Source: Chthonomonadales bacterium (GTDB lineage Bacteria > Armatimonadota > Chthonomonadetes > Chthonomonadales > Chthonomonadaceae). Taken from it: DNA of 10,366 bases. Shown here in pieces: positions 6,603 through 10,366 of this stretch (position 1 is its first letter; each line of letters begins with the position of its first letter). The notes beneath the pieces are model-generated. The model was not told the DNA's origin, ran no database searches, and was given only the letters and a program-made list of their open reading frames with translations. Where the stretch lies: positions 1-10,366 of the forward strand of contig JBBQPO010000224.1 of NCBI GenBank assembly GCA_038217285.1. The letters run 5' to 3'. Position numbers and translations under genes: made by a program.

Positions 6603-7490
6603 ATGGCCGTTTTGACGATAGCCGGACTGACTCTCAAAGAAGCGGTACGAAGGCGCACCTTCCTCGGCGCTCTCCTGATCGGCCTGCTGATTCTGGGGCT
6701 CTCCCTGCTGCTTTTGCTTATTAGCGCCCAGATGCGGGCCTCGGTGGCCGATGGCAGCCGTGATGCGGTCTGGTACGCCGTCAACTATCCTATCGCCCGC
6801 TCGGTCATCATGTCGCTCTGTCTCTCTTCGATCCGCGTGCTGGGTTCGATCTTCGCGATTCTGCTGGCGGGCGGGTCGATCTCCAGTGAGATCGAGCGCG
6901 GCCTGCTGGCGATCATTCTGCCAAAGCCGATTCCGCGCTGGCATATTCTGCTCGGCAAATGGATCGGGCTGAATCTGATTCTGGCGGGCAGTGTACTGGC
7001 CTGGGGCCTGACCGTCTGGGCTTCTTTGAGTTGGCAGACCCATGCCGACATCTCGCCTCTGATCCCGGTCAGTCTCTATCTGACACTGTTTCCTATCGTC
7101 ATCTGCACACTGACCCTCACCCTGGCGACGGTGGCGCAGCGCCTCCTCGGCACCTCGCTCGCCCTGGTCCTCAGCGCGTTCTCCTGGTTCGATGGTATTC
7201 TGAACGCGCTGGGCACGAACTTCCAGGTCAAATCCCTGCATCATCTCGCCAATTTCGCCTCCGTGCTGATGCCGCAGGGCTGCATCGCCTGGTGGATCAA
7301 GGATGCAACCGACCCGATCAGCTTCCTCAGCGGGCGCGCGGACTTCCGTTTCGGCGTCTCGCCGCAGTTCGTGAAAGAGTGGGGGGCGACCACGCTGCAT
7401 CTGCCACACTTTGACGCCCTCTATCTAGTCGTCTACATTGTCGTCGTCTTCCTGATCGGTGTCGTTCTGTTCGAGCGGCGGGACGTCTAG
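6603..7490 (+). CDS. ABC-2 type transporter permease subunit, 295 aa
   Basis: ATG 6603 with GAGGAG SD; N-terminal IAGLTLKEAVRRR, signature SISSEIERGLLAIILPKPIPRWHILLGKWIG, about six TM helices, C-terminal FERRDV. Confidence 0.92.
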   Translation: MAVLTIAGLTLKEAVRRRTFLGALLIGLLILGLSLLLLLISAQMRASVADGSRDAVWYAVNYPIARSVIMSLCLSSIRVLGSIFAILLAGGSISSEIERGLLAIILPKPIPRWHILLGKWIGLNLILAGSVLAWGLTVWASLSWQTHADISPLIPVSLYLTLFPIVICTLTLTLATVAQRLLGTSLALVLSAFSWFDGILNALGTNFQVKSLHHLANFASVLMPQGCIAWWIKDATDPISFLSGRADFRFGVSPQFVKEWGATTLHLPHFDALYLVVYIVVVFLIGVVLFERRDV

Positions 7491-7516
7491 TTTCGCCTGG
7501 AAAAGAGAGCTTACTG

Positions 7517-8950
7517 GTGTCCGTTTCCGATCTACAACCCGAGCCGCCGCCTGTCGAAGCGGAGGAGCCCGCGCCGCCGGAACGGCGCGGGCTCCGGGAG
7601 CGCCTGCCCGCCCCGATGCAGGGGCCAGCGGGCTGGCTGCGCCGCCAGATGGGGCGGGTGATCCCCGACGAAGTCTGGAAGAACTGGTGCTGGGACGCCA
7701 CGGCCGGTATCTGCGCGGGCATCTATCAGGGTGCGATCTGGACGTTCGCCCTCCAGCTCGCCCGCGGCTCTCTCCATGCCACCAAGTTTCAGATGGCCGT
7801 CGCGACGGCCGCGCCTGCGGTCGGCTACCTGTTCGCCACGCTCTGGGCCCGCCAGATGGAAGGCCGCTCGAAGCTGCCGTTCGTGACCATCACCTGGTTC
7901 ATCTCCCGCGGCCTCTTTCTGCTGACGCCGTTCCTCGTGCGGGGCGGAGCGCAGCGGGAGACGTTCGTCGGTCTGATCGTCATGGCGCCGATCCTTTTCT
8001 CCGTCTCGACTCCTGCCTATACCGCGATTATGAAGGACATCTACCCGGATCGTCTGCGCGGCAGGCTGATGAGTCTGGTTCGTGTCGGCATGGCCGCCTC
8101 GATGCTGGTCACGGCGCGTATCATGGGTTTGTGGCAGGAACACGGCGGCTTGGATTTCCGCTGGATGTTTTTTATCGGTGGCATCTTCGGCATCGGCACC
8201 GCCTACGCGTTCAGCCGCCTGAAACTACCGGCCGTGCTCTCGTCCTCGACCCCGCCGCCCATCGGCAAGTTTCTGCGCCAGACCTTCTCGATCCTGGTGC
8301 ACAACAAAGGGTATCGGTGGTTCACGGCCAGCGTCTTCATCTCCGGTTTCGGCAACCTCGTCGCCAACACCTACTATCCGATCTATCAGGTGGACCAGTT
8401 CCACATCACGCCCACGCAGATCGCCACCATGCAGAATATCGCCGGGGCGCTGTCGCTCGTGAGCCTCTTCTTCTGGGGCGGCTTCATGGATCGTTTCGGC
8501 TCGCTGACCACGGTGCTCCTGGCCTGCCTCATCATCTGCTTCACCCCCCTGCTCTACGCGTTCGCCCCGACCGTGGTCTGGCTCTATGTCGCCGGGGCCG
8601 CCAACGGCGTCGCCTCGTCGGGCATCGACATCGGCTATCTGAACACCACGCTGATGTTCGCGGAGCCGGGCCGCGCTGCGCAGTATCAGGCTGTCCATTC
8701 GACCTTTTTTGGCATGCGCGGCACCATTGCGCCTCTGCTCGCCATCCCGCTCCTCGACTTCCTCACCAACGGCGCCCTCCGCCACGAACCCCACCCCGGC
8801 AACCTGGCAAACGCCCATTTCCACGACTGGAAACACGCCTTCCTCTGCTGCCTCGGCATCATGTTCGTCGGCGCGCTGTTCCAATGCCTCTCCATGAACT
8901 CCTTCCGCCGCGGACAGCGCGAAGACCAGACGGTCGTCAAAACTTCATAA
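7517..8950 (+). CDS. Major facilitator superfamily transporter
   Basis: About 12 hydrophobic segments; MFS motif A in second half WGGFMDRFG; KDIYPDRLRGR loop motif; 26 bp after the permease stop, likely co-transcribed. GTG start uncertain. Confidence 0.92.
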   Translation: MSVSDLQPEPPPVEAEEPAPPERRGLRERLPAPMQGPAGWLRRQMGRVIPDEVWKNWCWDATAGICAGIYQGAIWTFALQLARGSLHATKFQMAVATAAPAVGYLFATLWARQMEGRSKLPFVTITWFISRGLFLLTPFLVRGGAQRETFVGLIVMAPILFSVSTPAYTAIMKDIYPDRLRGRLMSLVRVGMAASMLVTARIMGLWQEHGGLDFRWMFFIGGIFGIGTAYAFSRLKLPAVLSSSTPPPIGKFLRQTFSILVHNKGYRWFTASVFISGFGNLVANTYYPIYQVDQFHITPTQIATMQNIAGALSLVSLFFWGGFMDRFGSLTTVLLACLIICFTPLLYAFAPTVVWLYVAGAANGVASSGIDIGYLNTTLMFAEPGRAAQYQAVHSTFFGMRGTIAPLLAIPLLDFLTNGALRHEPHPGNLANAHFHDWKHAFLCCLGIMFVGALFQCLSMNSFRRGQREDQTVVKTS

Positions 8951-8981
8951 ATCGCAATAAGTGTCAGGCTGTTACAACGTG

Positions 8982-9009
8982 GGAACAATGTCCTTTTGCG
9001 GGACGTCTA
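8982..9009 (+). promoter_or_regulatory. Putative ECF-sigma promoter for the secreted protein
   Basis: GGAAC (8982-8986) - 17 bp - CGTCTA (9004-9009). Confidence 0.5.
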
Positions 9010-9167
9010 TTCCATAACCCGCGCAATCGCGGACAGTTTCGATCCGGAACCGCATAGTCGCGAAGGCAATATCTCCTTCCGGCGCAGATGCGGAAAGCTC
9101 GCTCCAGACGGCGATAAAAAGGGCAGCCTCAAGGCCGCCTACAATTTAATAGCAGAGGTGTAAGACT

Positions 9168-9770
9168 ATGAAACTCCTGAATATCAAAAACGTTGTGTTG
9201 GCAGTCGCGGCTATCGCCCTCGGCGCGCCTGCGGCTCAGGCCCAGACTCACCGCAATATATCGAGTATCCCTATGAACAGTTCTGCCCATAGGGGTTTTA
9301 CGGCTCTTAACCGCAACAACACGGCTGGAACTGCCCTGAGCAATGGGGTGAGCGCTCTTTACTTCAGCGCGCCTTACCTCTACGATTCCCCTGGTTACTT
9401 CTTCCCACAAGGGGCACTCGTACTGGGCACAGACGGACAGATCTACGATACCACGACGAATAACGGTATTCCGGATCTCGCGTATCGCCAGAACGGCGTA
9501 ACCATTCCCGCGCGTCACCAACTCTCCGATAAGATCGAAGCGGTTCGTCTTCCAGACAATCGTATCGAGATCCAGTGGGACGGGGATACGCGTTCGGTGG
9601 CGAGCCTGAAATTTTCGCTGTTGAACCGCAAGCGGGCGGTACTGCAGACAGCCGTGATAACCGACCTGCCCTCCGCCGCGATCTTTGCGCCGACGGCGGG
9701 AGCCGTCTACTATCGGGTCATAATCACTTATAGCGATGGAGCCGTGCGTTCCCTCGTCGCCACGCTGTAG
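9168..9770 (+). CDS. Hypothetical secreted protein, 200 aa
   Basis: AGAGGTG SD; Sec signal MKLLNIKNVVLAVAAIALGAPAAQA|Q; C-terminal ~85 aa beta-strand-rich domain. Confidence 0.85.
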   Translation: MKLLNIKNVVLAVAAIALGAPAAQAQTHRNISSIPMNSSAHRGFTALNRNNTAGTALSNGVSALYFSAPYLYDSPGYFFPQGALVLGTDGQIYDTTTNNGIPDLAYRQNGVTIPARHQLSDKIEAVRLPDNRIEIQWDGDTRSVASLKFSLLNRKRAVLQTAVITDLPSAAIFAPTAGAVYYRVIITYSDGAVRSLVATL

Positions 9771-9885
9771 TTGGGTCTCTACGTACCAACTGCATCCGGG
9801 TGGAGGAGTGACATGATCGTACTCTGTCTCCCCTTTTACATCAGGTAAACGGAGCCAGGCCACGGACATTCCGTCTGGAAAACAC

Positions 9886-9928
9886 AAGAAAAAGCCCGGT
9901 TTCTCTCTGCAGGGAGAAACCGGGCTTT
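9886..9928 (-). terminator. Rho-independent terminator (minus strand, possibly bidirectional)
   Basis: AAAGCCCGGTTTCTC (9891-9905) / GAGAAACCGGGCTTT (9914-9928) perfect 15-bp inverted repeat; minus strand ends in TTTTTCTT; 22 nt after the TAA at 9951. Confidence 0.9.
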
Positions 9929-9950
9929 CCTCTATTATGCTCGAAAAGAG

Positions 9951-10124
9951 TTATGCGGCGATACCGGCAGCGGCGCAGCACTTGCGGAACATCTGCGCCT
10001 TACCCGCCGGGGTCAGGATGCGGACGACTTCCGGGGTCCTGCCACAGAAGCGGCAGATGGACTGCTTCGCTTTCAGCGCGGCGCGGGCCGTAACGTTGGT
10101 CTTCGAGGTATCTTTCTTTGCCAT
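9951..10124 (-). CDS. Small basic Cys-rich (putative zinc-binding) protein, 57 aa, not in ORF track
   Basis: MAKKDTSKTNVTARAALKAKQSICRFCGRTPEVVRILTPAGKAQMFRKCCAAAGIAA*; GGAGGA SD at 10140-10135, GC-rich third positions, upstream promoter and downstream terminator. Confidence 0.88.
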   Translation of the reverse strand: MAKKDTSKTNVTARAALKAKQSICRFCGRTPEVVRILTPAGKAQMFRKCCAAAGIAA

Positions 10125-10182
10125 TGTAAGTTCATCCTCCGGGTCTTTTTACAATACAGCCATTTTGCTTCGACTCCCCATT

Positions 10183-10213
10183 AGTATACCATACTGCGTA
10201 GGTCGTCTGTGAA
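10183..10213 (-). promoter_or_regulatory. Extended -10 sigma70-type promoter for the 57-aa gene
   Basis: Minus strand TGgTATACT (10191-10183); TTCACA (10213-10208) lies 19 bp upstream of the hexamer, a long spacer. Confidence 0.6.
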
Positions 10214-10226
10214 GCGCCAGCTGTGT

Positions 10227-10366
10227 GTAACAGTTCAGACTTGCGCGAGTGATTTTATGCAGCCTTCGGATTGGGGGTTCGCTGGCTGTCGATAAGCATC
10301 TGCCGGCAGGCAACCAGAGCATCCTTGCCTTGGACCTGCCACGTCCCGAACAGGCTAGACAGTACC
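10227..10366 (-). mobile_element. Right end of an IS66-family (ISBst12-like) insertion sequence, truncated by window edge
   Basis: GTAACAGTTCAG at 10227 matches the GTAA-starting IS66 terminal inverted repeat style; lies 28 bp beyond the stop of a transposase-like C-terminus. Confidence 0.7.
10255..10365 (-). CDS. C-terminal 36 aa of probable IS66-family transposase (partial)
   Basis: Minus-strand frame VLSSLFGTWQVQGKDALVACRQMLIDSQRTPNPKAA*; SL..T...QG...L pattern recalls the IS66 transposase C-terminus. Only a short fragment is visible. Confidence 0.65.
   Translation of the reverse strand, partial: VLSSLFGTWQVQGKDALVACRQMLIDSQRTPNPKAA

Noticed and set aside
9015-9165. Long leader of the secreted protein as a c-di-GMP or other riboswitch
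   Set aside because: Only short imperfect hairpins; conserved riboswitch motifs not found by eye. An Rfam scan would settle it.
9937-10212. 91-aa plus-strand ORF
   Set aside because: Antisense to the 57-aa gene that has SD, promoter and terminator.

Overview
High-GC bacterial genomic window (lineage not determinable from sequence alone). Left to right: 3' end of a lower-GC leucine-rich-repeat gene (+); a convergent M48 zinc metalloprotease (-) with its own strong sigma70-type promoter; a four-gene minus-strand cluster of uncharacterised genes in an A-B-A'-B' layout (FG-repeat lipoprotein 4890..3733, small beta-rich protein 3659..3213, FG-repeat secreted/C-terminally anchored protein 3100..2432, a second beta-rich protein 2388..1873 that looks like a distant paralog of the first), preceded by an ECF-sigma-like promoter; a membrane-bound class III nucleotide cyclase-like protein with degenerate catalytic residues (-); a divergent ABC-2-type permease plus MFS transporter (+); a secreted protein (+) with a similar ECF-like promoter; a 57-aa basic CxxC..CC protein (-) missed by the ORF track but with its own promoter, SD and terminator; and the right end of an IS66-family element running off the window. 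The best candidate for an undescribed system is the FG-repeat/beta-protein cluster. All calls are from manual motif reading, no searches were run.
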